Position numbers and translations under genes: made by a program
Notes under the pieces: generated by a model
The model's input: the letters and a program-made list of their open reading frames with translations, nothing else
Databases searched by the model: none
Told to the model about the DNA's origin: nothing
IMG/VR virus record: IMGVR_UViG_3300045738_002140
Coordinates: 1 to 64,000 of that record
DNA from: a virus
Length of the DNA: 64,000 nucleotides
Direction: 5' to 3' (one strand)
Part shown: piece by piece, positions 35,215 to 44,146 of the stretch
Layout of the letters: every line of letters begins with the position of its first letter
Numbering within the stretch: the stretch's first letter is position 1

Positions 35215-37853
35215 TCTTTAAGCTCGGATAATTTAGTATATATTTTTAAATCTTGAATTGTCATTTTGTCAGCAAAGACCACTCCATCTTTTTTTGAGCC
35301 CGCCACATAAACAATATTGTTTTCTTTAGGAAGTGCCCCGTTGGAGTCTTTGCATTGGGATAAAAGTTTTCTGTTTTTTGTGTCAAAAATCATTACCTGC
35401 ATGTGGCCCGTCTCGTCAGAGACTGTGCATTTATAATAATCATTACCGTTTTTTGAGGTTCCTTTCCAATTTTTTTTGCCTACATACCCAACAAATTTTG
35501 TTCTAGCGCTATCTTGCATGTCTTCTAGGTCAGAAATATAATTTAAATTTAATATTTCTGATTGAAAAATAGAGCGAAGAGATTGTCCGTGAGTATATCC
35601 AAGTAATTTATTTTCATAATACCAATTAGCAAAATTTTCATATTTGCTATTTTGTCTATATATTTGAACGTATGGTATATATTTTCTCTTGATAGTATTA
35701 TATCTGGATTCTTTTATAAAGGGTTTTTCGTCTCCTTCCTGCGGAGTCTTTAATATGTTTATGATATTGATAAGGTCATTGTCTTTTTTAGACGCTAAGG
35801 CTAAGCACCTTTGCTTTTCCCTGTTCGTAAGAATTTTCCATAGCTGAGACTCTAGTACGACCTTGCTTCTAGACTGAGAGTAGCCCCCCTCTAGGGCTCC
35901 GGCCTGTATGAGCGCTGACAGTGTTCCTATGTTGAGGTTAGCTTCCTCTGCTGATTGAAAAATTTCAAATTTATTTGTATATTCCTCTTCTGGTCTGAAC
36001 TTTTTAATTTTGTCCATTGATTTCTCTGATATGCCCTTTATCGAAAGAAGCCCAAACCTTATGTCGTTTCCTTCAATAAAGAAGTCGTCTTTTGATTTAA
36101 CTATATGTGGCCTTAAGAGCCTCATACCAAAAGAATAAAGTTCTTTTTGTACATAAGAAATTTCCTCCGTTGAGTCTGGCTCGTGCTTGGTCATTCTAAG
36201 TAGCTCCAAGAAAAATTCTTTTGGGTAATTAAACTTAAGATAAACCGTAATCGCCGAAAGGGCAGCGTAGGCTATCGAGTGAGACTTGTTAAATGAATAA
36301 TTTGCAGAGTCCTCTAGCACCTTCCAGAGTATGTCTCCGATTTTTTCGTCTAGTTTGTTATCTTCTATCTTTTGTTTGATTTTTTTCTTCCACTTGCGGA
36401 CTTCGGACACCTTTTTCTTGCCCACGATTCGCCTTAGCATTTCCGCTTCGTCTAAGGTGAATCCAACTTTGTTGGCCATTTTCATTAGCTGTTCTTGGTA
36501 TAGCGCCACGCCACCTGTTGACGACAAAATGTCATCAAAGAAGGGGTGTATGGCTTCGTATTCTGCGCCGTTCGCCCAGTCAGCATATGTTTGTTCAAAC
36601 TGTAATGCGCCGGGTCTAGCTATGGCCAACACGGCGCTAAGTTGTTCTAGATTTTTGGGCTTAATGTTTTTGCACACTTTGTATGCCACATCTGCTTCTA
36701 TCTGAAAAAGCCCATGCTTGGACCTTAGGTCTTGAAGGTGTGAGTATATTTTATCATATGATTTTTTATTGTCTCCGTTTACATAGTCGAGAAGGTCTTC
36801 TTTTTTGACACCTATCCTTTTGCACACCTTAGCGACAACGGATACGCACCTTAGTCCTAGTACGTCTAGCTTTACATTGAACAGGGACATCCAATTCATG
36901 TCGTATGAAGAAACAGTGCTTATCTTATCTGAACATAGCTCGGTTGGGCAAGTGTCTTCTAGGTCGTCGTACGAAAGAGCAATGGCTGACGGGTGTACGC
37001 TTTTGTTTTTAATTAGATTTCTTAACTTAAGGGCTATTGAATAAACTTCGTCATGTTCCTCGCACCACTCTTTGAATTCTGGAACTTCTGAGTACGCCTG
37101 TTCTATGTCTGTAACGTTTCCATAGATTTTAGGGATCATGGAGGACACCCTGTTCATCTCAGACTCGTTAAGCGGAATACCTATGTCTCCCTTAGACGTA
37201 TGCCCTGCTATTTTGCCGCATTCTTTTATTAAAAGTTTTGAGCTAAGCGTGTTTAGGGTTAATATTTTTGAGGTTTTCCCTTTGAACTTTGTCCCTAGGT
37301 GGTCTAGGACCTTGTGTCTGTCGTAATAACAGATGTCTAAATCAATGTCAGCCATGAGTGATCCATCTAGATATACAACTCCGTCATGTACTTCTTTTTT
37401 GGCTCTAACTTTTGAAACAAACCTTTCAAAAAATAGTCCGTGCTTAATTGGGTCAATTCCCGTTACTTCAATTAAATAAAGTATAAGGCTTCCTGCGGCG
37501 CTTCCTCTTCCTAGCCCTTTTTCGATGTTGTTTTTATCACAAAAGCGACACACATACCACACTAAAAGAATATAATCAATGAAATCTAAATCTTTTAAGG
37601 TTTCGAGTTCGTGCTTTGCTCGATCCCTGTAAGCTTTGATTTCGCTTTTCTTTAGCTTGGGAGCAACTTTTTCTTTAAATGTTTTGGCCGAAAGGATGCG
37701 AAGGAAGTCGTAGTTGGTGCAATCTTCGCTTGCTCCTATAGCTCTTTTCTCTTCGAGGTCTATTTGGAATGAGGGCAACCTAACCCCGTGCATGGGAAAG
37801 GAATACCCTTTTAATTTTTTATCCAGTGTATTGTTCAAATTTCTATTTGCCAT
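35211..37853 (-). CDS. dnaE: DNA polymerase III alpha subunit, core lacking the PHP domain
   Basis: GLGRGSAAGSL, LFFERF, ADIDLD, KLDVLGL, LYQEQLM, YSFNKSHS, IRFGL..IKG, C-terminal OB fold. Confidence 0.93.
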   Translation of the reverse strand: MANRNLNNTLDKKLKGYSFPMHGVRLPSFQIDLEEKRAIGASEDCTNYDFLRILSAKTFKEKVAPKLKKSEIKAYRDRAKHELETLKDLDFIDYILLVWYVCRFCDKNNIEKGLGRGSAAGSLILYLIEVTGIDPIKHGLFFERFVSKVRAKKEVHDGVVYLDGSLMADIDLDICYYDRHKVLDHLGTKFKGKTSKILTLNTLSSKLLIKECGKIAGHTSKGDIGIPLNESEMNRVSSMIPKIYGNVTDIEQAYSEVPEFKEWCEEHDEVYSIALKLRNLIKNKSVHPSAIALSYDDLEDTCPTELCSDKISTVSSYDMNWMSLFNVKLDVLGLRCVSVVAKVCKRIGVKKEDLLDYVNGDNKKSYDKIYSHLQDLRSKHGLFQIEADVAYKVCKNIKPKNLEQLSAVLAIARPGALQFEQTYADWANGAEYEAIHPFFDDILSSTGGVALYQEQLMKMANKVGFTLDEAEMLRRIVGKKKVSEVRKWKKKIKQKIEDNKLDEKIGDILWKVLEDSANYSFNKSHSIAYAALSAITVYLKFNYPKEFFLELLRMTKHEPDSTEEISYVQKELYSFGMRLLRPHIVKSKDDFFIEGNDIRFGLLSIKGISEKSMDKIKKFRPEEEYTNKFEIFQSAEEANLNIGTLSALIQAGALEGGYSQSRSKVVLESQLWKILTNREKQRCLALASKKDNDLINIINILKTPQEGDEKPFIKESRYNTIKRKYIPYVQIYRQNSKYENFANWYYENKLLGYTHGQSLRSIFQSEILNLNYISDLEDMQDSARTKFVGYVGKKNWKGTSKNGNDYYKCTVSDETGHMQVMIFDTKNRKLLSQCKDSNGALPKENNIVYVAGSKKDGVVFADKMTIQDLKIYTKLSELKE

Positions 37854-38473
37854 TTAAGTTTATCCCATACTTTTACGTTAAGGTCTAGGTCATAAAGTGC
37901 ATCATGTCTTTTCGTCTTGTCTACGAAAATATCAAAATCTTTAGATAGGGCGTCTAGGTTCGTTTTTATGCCCTTCGTTCTCTTGTGGTTCATCCTGTAC
38001 TGGTACTCCACAAGGGACTCTTTTCCGTCGTAAAAGATCCCGTTTTTTATCCCTTTTGCTAGAGCATTAGTGTCTATGAGCTTTGGCAAAAGATGCTTCC
38101 AATCTTTCCCCATGTATTGATAATAATCTTTTATTAAAAAAATGTCAAAGCCTATGATGTTATGCCCTAGGATATGGTCCGCCTCGTCCAGCCAGCTTTG
38201 CATTGTTGGAAAAATCTCTTCTGGGCTGAGCCCTTTTTCTTTGATTACCTTCGGGTTGTAGTTCGTTATTCTTGCTGCTTCGCTGCCAATTTTTAAATCT
38301 GTATCCCATTTAATGAAGAAGTTTTTTTCGGCTATTTTTTTCTTTCCTTTTATCTTTATCATTGCTACTTGCCACGGCAAGTTGTGGACAAAGCTAAGGC
38401 ATAGGTTGAAAGTCTCTAGGTCTATAAAGACCAAGGTCTTGTCTTCGTCAAATCTCAAAAGATGCTCGTCCAT
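37835..38473 (-). CDS. DEDDh 3'-5' exonuclease (Pol III epsilon-like)
   Basis: FIDLET, GHNIIGFD, IDT, HDALYD. Confidence 0.9.
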   Translation of the reverse strand: MDEHLLRFDEDKTLVFIDLETFNLCLSFVHNLPWQVAMIKIKGKKKIAEKNFFIKWDTDLKIGSEAARITNYNPKVIKEKGLSPEEIFPTMQSWLDEADHILGHNIIGFDIFLIKDYYQYMGKDWKHLLPKLIDTNALAKGIKNGIFYDGKESLVEYQYRMNHKRTKGIKTNLDALSKDFDIFVDKTKRHDALYDLDLNVKVWDKLKWQIEI

Positions 38474-39225
38474 TATTTTTCTTTCCAGCTTTCAAAGCAG
38501 AATTCCTTTGAGGTCATATGGTCAAAGTTTGGTCTATCTAGGGTTGTCCTTTTACTTATGCACCTAAAAGTAAGATAGGACTTAAAATCGTCCCTAAGGT
38601 TATAGTATATACTTTTGGCGTCAAGTATCTCATATTTTCCTTTGCAAAAATTTAGTATTTTTTCTTTTATAAAAACGTCTATAAAATTTTCATTATCTTC
38701 CTTGAAGAAAATGGGCTCAGTGAAGTCAAAATCGGGCTTACAAATAGAATCGTAAAGCGAATTCTTGTGGAGAAAAGAGTCATAGAAGGGAACGCAAAGC
38801 GTAACGTGCTTGTCGTCCCACATCTCTTTTAAATTTTTAAAATCGATTCTAGGCTCATAATAAAAACCTACCTTGGCTGCTAATGTATAAATTTTTATTA
38901 GCCTTTTATACCCTTCGTCATCGTTGGCGAAGATAACGTATTTACAAGACCTATGCAGTTCCTCTGCGTTTTTGGCAGACATGTCATTGCAAATAGTAAT
39001 CCTCAAACCAAAGTTAAACTTAAGCTTTTCGGAAGAAGAGTTCTTGTATGCCTGCAAAAAACCACTCATATTATCTTCTACTAAATGGAAGACTCCTAGG
39101 TCATTCTTTTTGGCTATACTTATTATGGAGTCTGGGCCGGTTTCTTGCTCGTCCTCTGGGCTCTCTAGGGTCAGTATGCTCTTGCCTAGGGAGTAGTGAC
39201 TTTTGAATAGCGGCAAGACGGACAT
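38473..39225 (-). CDS. Stand-alone PHP domain of DnaE
   Basis: FKSHYSLGKSIL, D.NMSGFL.AYK, FGLRI, IFAN...GYKRLIKI...A...GFYYEPRID. Confidence 0.85.
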   Translation of the reverse strand: MSVLPLFKSHYSLGKSILTLESPEDEQETGPDSIISIAKKNDLGVFHLVEDNMSGFLQAYKNSSSEKLKFNFGLRITICNDMSAKNAEELHRSCKYVIFANDDEGYKRLIKIYTLAAKVGFYYEPRIDFKNLKEMWDDKHVTLCVPFYDSFLHKNSLYDSICKPDFDFTEPIFFKEDNENFIDVFIKEKILNFCKGKYEILDAKSIYYNLRDDFKSYLTFRCISKRTTLDRPNFDHMTSKEFCFESWKEK

Positions 39226-39232
39226 CTACTAA

Positions 39233-39260
39233 ATAGTAACCTATAAATAAAAAAAGTCAA
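39233..39260 (-). promoter_or_regulatory. sigma70-like leaderless promoter
   Basis: TTGACT-16-TACTAT-7 nt-ATG(39225). Confidence 0.65.
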
Positions 39261-39262
39261 GC

Positions 39263-40300
39263 CTAAAAATCGAAAGGGTCTTTTCCTTGCTTGTGTGCGG
39301 GGCATCCATCGTAGTGTTTTTTATGTATGGACTGCTCTTTCTTTGGCTTGGGTAGCTCTTCCTCGCTTAGGGCGCTGGAGACTATGTTGTTGTCTTTATC
39401 CGTAAGAATATAATACTCAAAATCGAATTTAAATGGACAGTGCCACATAAGCGCCCCGTTCTTCTTAAGCTGGCCCTTTCTTTTGGCGAAACCACAATTA
39501 AGCGGCCCCTTGAAGCCTCCGTTTTTCGGGGGCATGGGCTGATCTGAGGCAAAGTTAGTTTCAGCTACGTCACTATTAAAATTATTTATAATTTTAAAAA
39601 CATGAGACAAGTAGTATTCTAACCCATTAAGCTGTGACTCCTTAAAGTTAAGTTCTTGAACGGGTTTTCTGGGAAATTTAAGGAAAAGAAAATTAATTAC
39701 AGGCTTGAGCTTGGGCCAGATCTTTGTCGCGGCTAGGCTGTAGATTAGCCCTTGAAGGTTGGAGTCTAGGTCTTCTCCTGCGAATTTTCTCTTACTTGTT
39801 TTGTAGTCTGATATTACGATTTTTTTATCTTTGTCGTAGGTCGCTGTTTTGTCCATGTAGCCCATCACTTTGTACGGTGGGTCTTCGTTTTCTATGAGAA
39901 ATTCGTACTCTGGTTCAAGAAGCTTGCCCCCTTTGCAGAAAAAATCATTTTTAAGTGCTACGAGGATCATGTCGCTGCAAAGCTCGTAGTGGTCTTCCTC
40001 TAGCAGAAGCTGCTCTCCTTCATTTGAGGTCAGGAGTTCGTGCTTTTTGAGGAATTTTCTTACTATTTTGTCTACTGGTTTGCTTGCTTTTATGTGCCCT
40101 TCTTTGGTTATTGAATTAAAGTGTTTTTTGTGCCTTTTTTTAAGCAAAAGTTCTAAGATAAGGTGGCACACAGTGCCCCGTAATGCGCCAGAATTGCCCT
40201 TCTCAGGCAGTTTGAGGTAGTATTTGCACCAATACAGCCAAGAGCACGACTCAAGGGTCTTTATGCGCGATGCAGATAGTATGCTTTCTTTTTTATTCAT
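39263..40300 (-). CDS. PD-(D/E)xK nuclease superfamily protein (AddB/RecB/Cas4-like)
   Basis: LSASRI...C.W...Y, GTVCH..LE, EYEF, GYMDK, DYKTSK, Q.LIY; C-terminal cysteines. Confidence 0.88.
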   Translation of the reverse strand: MNKKESILSASRIKTLESCSWLYWCKYYLKLPEKGNSGALRGTVCHLILELLLKKRHKKHFNSITKEGHIKASKPVDKIVRKFLKKHELLTSNEGEQLLLEEDHYELCSDMILVALKNDFFCKGGKLLEPEYEFLIENEDPPYKVMGYMDKTATYDKDKKIVISDYKTSKRKFAGEDLDSNLQGLIYSLAATKIWPKLKPVINFLFLKFPRKPVQELNFKESQLNGLEYYLSHVFKIINNFNSDVAETNFASDQPMPPKNGGFKGPLNCGFAKRKGQLKKNGALMWHCPFKFDFEYYILTDKDNNIVSSALSEEELPKPKKEQSIHKKHYDGCPAHKQGKDPFDF

Positions 40301-41219
40301 TACAGTTTGCCTCGTTCGCCCACTCTTCGATCTCTTGGTCGTTCATTTCCCCAAAGTCCTTTTGCTGTGGGAGGTGAACGGAGACCTGATCGGGGTCAAA
40401 ATACTTAAGCATTTTTTTGTGCACTTTTCGGGCCGCTTCGTTGCCTGCGTTGTTGTTTTCGGAGTCGTTATTAAATGCAACAATGATTTTGCTCATGTCA
40501 AATTTCAAGAAAGTATTAATCATAGACACGCTAACGTCTAGGCCAAACGTGACCATAACATTATGGTGTCCGCACGTCCATAATGCCAACATATCTCCTA
40601 TGCTTTCTACTAGGATAACTTTCTTTTTGTTTCTTATAATCTTGTGGTTAAAAAACAAGGGGTAATTCCATTTGCTTTTATCTCCGTAGTGTTTCCATTT
40701 TGGAATCTTGGAGCCCTCTTCTATTTTGTGTAGATATCTACCGCTTATTCCTATTAGTTCTTCTTTCCAGTTAAAGATGGGAAAAACATATCTGTCTTTC
40801 ATTTTGCCTTTTTCCGTCATCTCTCCGCCTCTAAAAATTCTAACGATTTCTTCTGGCACTCCTCTGTCTATCCAGTATTTGTGTCTAGGTAAAATTTTAT
40901 CTAGTGGTTCTTTTGAGAAGACTCTTTGGGTTCTAATCTTCGGTTGATGCTTCTGTACCTTGTCGTCGCTTTCTCCGTGTCCGTTGGATAGCCATTTCTT
41001 TGCCTCTTCTGCGCTCTTGAGCTTGAGCGAGAGCTTGACTAGATCGTGAAAAGATCCGCTAATGTTCTTGCTAAAATCTATGAAGTAGCCGCTGTCTTTT
41101 CTTACGCTTAAAACAGTATTGCTACTTGAATCCCTGTATATGGGCTTCATTCTTAGCTCTCTTCCATTGTCTATGATGTTGGAGTAGCCAATTTCACTTA
41201 ATATGTTTTTATAATCCAT
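40293..41219 (-). CDS. DnaG-like primase (Toprim), degenerate zinc-binding domain
   Basis: YWIDRG, RYVFPIFN....LIGISGR, KWK, VILVESIGDMLAL, FNND...AG. Confidence 0.85.
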   Translation of the reverse strand: MDYKNILSEIGYSNIIDNGRELRMKPIYRDSSSNTVLSVRKDSGYFIDFSKNISGSFHDLVKLSLKLKSAEEAKKWLSNGHGESDDKVQKHQPKIRTQRVFSKEPLDKILPRHKYWIDRGVPEEIVRIFRGGEMTEKGKMKDRYVFPIFNWKEELIGISGRYLHKIEEGSKIPKWKHYGDKSKWNYPLFFNHKIIRNKKKVILVESIGDMLALWTCGHHNVMVTFGLDVSVSMINTFLKFDMSKIIVAFNNDSENNNAGNEAARKVHKKMLKYFDPDQVSVHLPQQKDFGEMNDQEIEEWANEANCNE

Positions 41220-42718
41220 TATTCTAGAAGGAAGTCTCCGTCATCTTCGCTTATGTCTGAGACGTCTGCGACGCCATCTTCTCTTCTCACTATATCCTCT
41301 AATGTGCCCTTCTCTTCTACTTTAAAATTTCGTATATTAAAATTAAGATAATTTGGCTCTGCTCTTTGAGAGCCGTCTTCTAGGGTCCTTGTAACCATAT
41401 CTCTAAAGCCTGCCGCATCTCTCCCTTGGTATCTAGAGGCAACACATATTAATTTGTGTGTGCCGAAATCTACACCTGTCCTATTGTCTAGATGTTGTTC
41501 GTCTGCTGTCTTGCTTCTAAATATAAAAATATTTCCACCAAACCAAGCTAGTCTATCTGAGCCCGCCAAGGTGGACATATCATCGACAACCTGAGAGCCT
41601 CTTCGGCCCCTGTTCTCCGCTGTTCTGTTCAGTTGGTTGGCTGTCAAGAGGGCTGCCTCGGTTTCCATGCAGCAAGATTTGAGCAGGCTTATCTTGTCTC
41701 CTATGGCTTGGTATTCTTTGTTAAAATCAGACAAGTTTTCACTAGTTATTTTTAAATAGTCGTACACAACAAGGAAGGGGTTCCCTCTTCCTACGTGTTC
41801 ATATTTAAATCTTCTTATCAGGGAGCAAACCTTATCTGAAGACATGTTGCCAACATAGATATGAAAAATATCATGACCCTCCTTGAGGGCTTCGCAGCCT
41901 CTAACCTTTTTAACCATCTCTTCGTTTTTTCTCCAGTTGCCCGACTCGAGCCACCAAGGGTTAATGTCTGTAAGGGCTGCTGATCTTCTGAATTTAACCT
42001 CTTCCGTTGCCATCTCTGTGTCCAAAAAAAGGACCTTACAGTTATTAATTTTTGCGACCCCAAAGGCTACTTCGTTTAGGAATGTGCTTTTGCCCTGCTT
42101 TGGCCTAGAGGCGATTGCGAAAGCCTGCCCAATTCTTAGGCCACCATACAGTCGGTTAAGGCTTTTGAAGGGGGTCGCTAGGCCAATTTCCTTGACCGGA
42201 TTGTTGCCCCTGTCCTCTAGGAGATCGAGTAGGCCCTCCGTCAGCTTGACTGGCTCTTCGCTCTCCGTGTAGCTGTCTACCAGCTTATTGCAAATTTTAT
42301 CTGCGCTCTCTATGATCTGCGAGCACTCCTTGTCTCCATTTTTACGCATGGATTCTTTTAGCTCTTCCCCGATCTTTTCGTAGTCTCTTCTTAGGCTGTA
42401 TTTTTTAAGATCTTTTACCGATTGGATTACTGCACTCCTTTTGATTTGAGTGAAGGCTATGCCGTCTATGTACTCATAGATATCCAAGTCTCCGTTGTAT
42501 TTTATCCCCCAGTTTTTGAGCTGGTCGGCCAAAATTACCTTGTCTGCCTTCTCGTTTTTTAGAAGTGACTTTCTTAGGACACAGAAAATAGTATAATGAA
42601 CTTCGCTGAAAAAATCTGACTCTGATAGGAACTTATCGACCTCTGGGAAAACATCGGGATGATTGATTAAGCCGCCAAGAACATGCTTTTCTAGTTGTAG
42701 TGAATATATATTGCTCAT
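41219..42718 (-). CDS. dnaB: Replicative DNA helicase, DnaB-like
   Basis: LEKHVLGGL N-terminus, Walker A ASRPKQGKST, LDTEM, VYDYL, QLNR. Confidence 0.92.
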   Translation of the reverse strand: MSNIYSLQLEKHVLGGLINHPDVFPEVDKFLSESDFFSEVHYTIFCVLRKSLLKNEKADKVILADQLKNWGIKYNGDLDIYEYIDGIAFTQIKRSAVIQSVKDLKKYSLRRDYEKIGEELKESMRKNGDKECSQIIESADKICNKLVDSYTESEEPVKLTEGLLDLLEDRGNNPVKEIGLATPFKSLNRLYGGLRIGQAFAIASRPKQGKSTFLNEVAFGVAKINNCKVLFLDTEMATEEVKFRRSAALTDINPWWLESGNWRKNEEMVKKVRGCEALKEGHDIFHIYVGNMSSDKVCSLIRRFKYEHVGRGNPFLVVYDYLKITSENLSDFNKEYQAIGDKISLLKSCCMETEAALLTANQLNRTAENRGRRGSQVVDDMSTLAGSDRLAWFGGNIFIFRSKTADEQHLDNRTGVDFGTHKLICVASRYQGRDAAGFRDMVTRTLEDGSQRAEPNYLNFNIRNFKVEEKGTLEDIVRREDGVADVSDISEDDGDFLLE

Positions 42719-42816
42719 GTTTATGATAGCTCCGCGAAGGGATTGAATCTATCATTTTAAAGAGACAATGTGTCGCGGATCTATCAAAAGGTAAGATAAA
42801 AGACCAAAAAAGTCAA
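42719..42816 (-). promoter_or_regulatory. Promoter plus structured leader / inverted repeat upstream of the helicase
   Basis: TTGACT-17-TACCTT; 14-bp inverted repeat (13/14) at 42724-42737 and 42773-42786. Confidence 0.55.
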
Positions 42817-43106
42817 GCGAAATCATCGCCTTCTTCTGGCTCTCTTTCTTCGGGGTCGTCTTCTGGGTCTAGGTTTTCACTCAGGTCGAAAGATCTTGCT
42901 GTGAGCTCTATATTGAGGCCCTCCACAGCCTTCCCCCAGTTTTCAATGTAATATTGAAGGGCCATGGCGTATGTGGGATTGTCGAAGTCGCTATGGACTT
43001 GGGGTAACCCGTCGGTATCTAGGCTAAATAAAATATAACCGCCATTAGAGCATTCATTTATTTGGCCCAGTATCGCTTGGGGGAATACAAACTTTTTGTT
43101 GTCCAC
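42813..43106 (-). CDS. Hypothetical protein with acidic C-terminus
   Basis: 97-aa ORF fitting the tight gene packing; GTG start. Confidence 0.65.
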   Translation of the reverse strand: MDNKKFVFPQAILGQINECSNGGYILFSLDTDGLPQVHSDFDNPTYAMALQYYIENWGKAVEGLNIELTARSFDLSENLDPEDDPEEREPEEGDDFA

Positions 43107-43120
43107 GACAACATTACACC

Positions 43121-43540
43121 CTAAAGAATGGAAACACTAAATGTTTTTAGTATGTATTCTGCTGATAATTTATTAATGTCTTCCTCTTCTATCTCTAGTA
43201 TTTTAAAATTATTTAATTCAAGCCACTCTCTTTTTTGGCAGTCTCTTTTAATTGAGTTAAGGTAGTTTGACGCAGAGTTTTTGTGGAAAAATTTATTGAA
43301 TTCACTGTGTTGTCTTCCTTGTACCTCGACGGCAATTTTTTTAGTTGCGTTTAGTATATCGACCTTCATCAACGTCCCGTACACAGGGAATTCTTCATAT
43401 ACAATTTGGTTTTTCCAGTAGGTTTTTAGGAATTGCTTAACTTTGAATTGTATTTTAGATCTGGATTTTTTGTTCCAGTCTATTAAAAACCTTGAAACAT
43501 TCCTGCTTCGTAGTTTTCCTTTTATGTCATACAGCCTCAT
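43121..43540 (-). CDS. DUF559/Vsr-like endonuclease-fold protein
   Basis: EEFPV.....VD.......AVEVQGRQH...KRD..K..W...N..K. Confidence 0.8.
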   Translation of the reverse strand: MRLYDIKGKLRSRNVSRFLIDWNKKSRSKIQFKVKQFLKTYWKNQIVYEEFPVYGTLMKVDILNATKKIAVEVQGRQHSEFNKFFHKNSASNYLNSIKRDCQKREWLELNNFKILEIEEEDINKLSAEYILKTFSVSIL

Positions 43541-43545
43541 TAAAT

Positions 43546-43974
43546 TGGTGGAAGCGGCGGGAGTCGAACCCGCGTCTTTAAAGCCATCGGCTCAAATGTA
43601 CTACAAGCTTAGTCGGTGTTAATGCTCGCTTGGCGTGTCACCGACAAACGGCCTACGCGAGGTTGTAAGGGATGTATAAATTTTATACTGGGCTCCCTTA
43701 CGTGCTCCAGTTTTTTGCTCGCTATCGACGCCCTAGCTCCTTAACGAGCATCCAGAGTAGGACGGGGTAGGTTATTCTACCAGCAAGAGGGCTTCATCCT
43801 CTACAAAACCGAACTTGGCGAGAATCTCGTCAGCTTCGGCTAGTGAAGGGGCCATCTCCATGTCAACATTAGTGTTGGCATTTATGTTTTTTTGATAGAT
43901 GTTTTTAAGAGGCCAACCATCATCCTCTGCTTGCAATTTGGCGTAAGGTTCTAAATCGAATCCAGTACGCTCCC
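43546..43974 (-). ncRNA. ssrA: tmRNA (429 nt)
   Basis: 5' GGGAGCGUACUGGAUUCGA; 3' GACGCGGGUUCGACUCCCGCCGCUUCCACCA; acceptor stem GGGAGCG/CGCUUCC with G3-U70 and discriminator A; pk1-like AGAGG/CCUCU; AUAAAU-GCC resume context. Confidence 0.95.
43772..43879 (-). other. tmRNA tag reading frame ANTNVDMEMAPSLAEADEILAKFGFVEDEALLLVE*
   Basis: Resume codon GCC follows pk1 and the A-rich AAAAAACAUAAAU; 35 sense codons to UAA. Confidence 0.8.
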
Positions 43975-43981
43975 GTATATT

Positions 43982-44009
43982 ATTATACACAATTATTTAT
44001 TTTCGTCAA
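43982..44009 (-). promoter_or_regulatory. Strong sigma70-like promoter of the tmRNA
   Basis: TTGACG-16-TATAAT, 7 nt before the mature 5' G. Confidence 0.75.
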
Positions 44010-44024
44010 GTTCTTTTATTTACG

Positions 44025-44144
44025 TCATTTCCAGTTGTCTTTGTTCGTTAAGTCACTAATTTTTTTATTGCACCAAAGCAAAACTATGATGCCAACAATT
44101 ATATTAGCCACAAAGATAGTTACTCCTAGCTCTGCGTCGTCCAT
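44025..44144 (-). CDS. Small single-TM membrane protein (39 aa; not in the ORF track)
   Basis: MDDAELGVTIFVANIIVGIIVLLWCNKKISDLTNKDNWK*; GGAG upstream; fills the gap exactly. Confidence 0.55.
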   Translation of the reverse strand: MDDAELGVTIFVANIIVGIIVLLWCNKKISDLTNKDNWK

Positions 44145-44146
44145 AA

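Noticed and set aside
35211-39225. Split intein or intron explaining the divided DnaE
   Set aside because: No intein terminal motifs or homing endonuclease; the intervening gene is an intact DEDDh exonuclease
39263-40300. Cas4 / CRISPR-Cas system
   Set aside because: No repeat-spacer array or other cas genes seen; stand-alone PD-(D/E)xK exonucleases are common in phage replication modules
43772-43990. 72-aa ORF as an independent protein gene
   Set aside because: It lies within the tmRNA and its nominal start is in the promoter; only the last 35 codons are meaningful, as the tag frame
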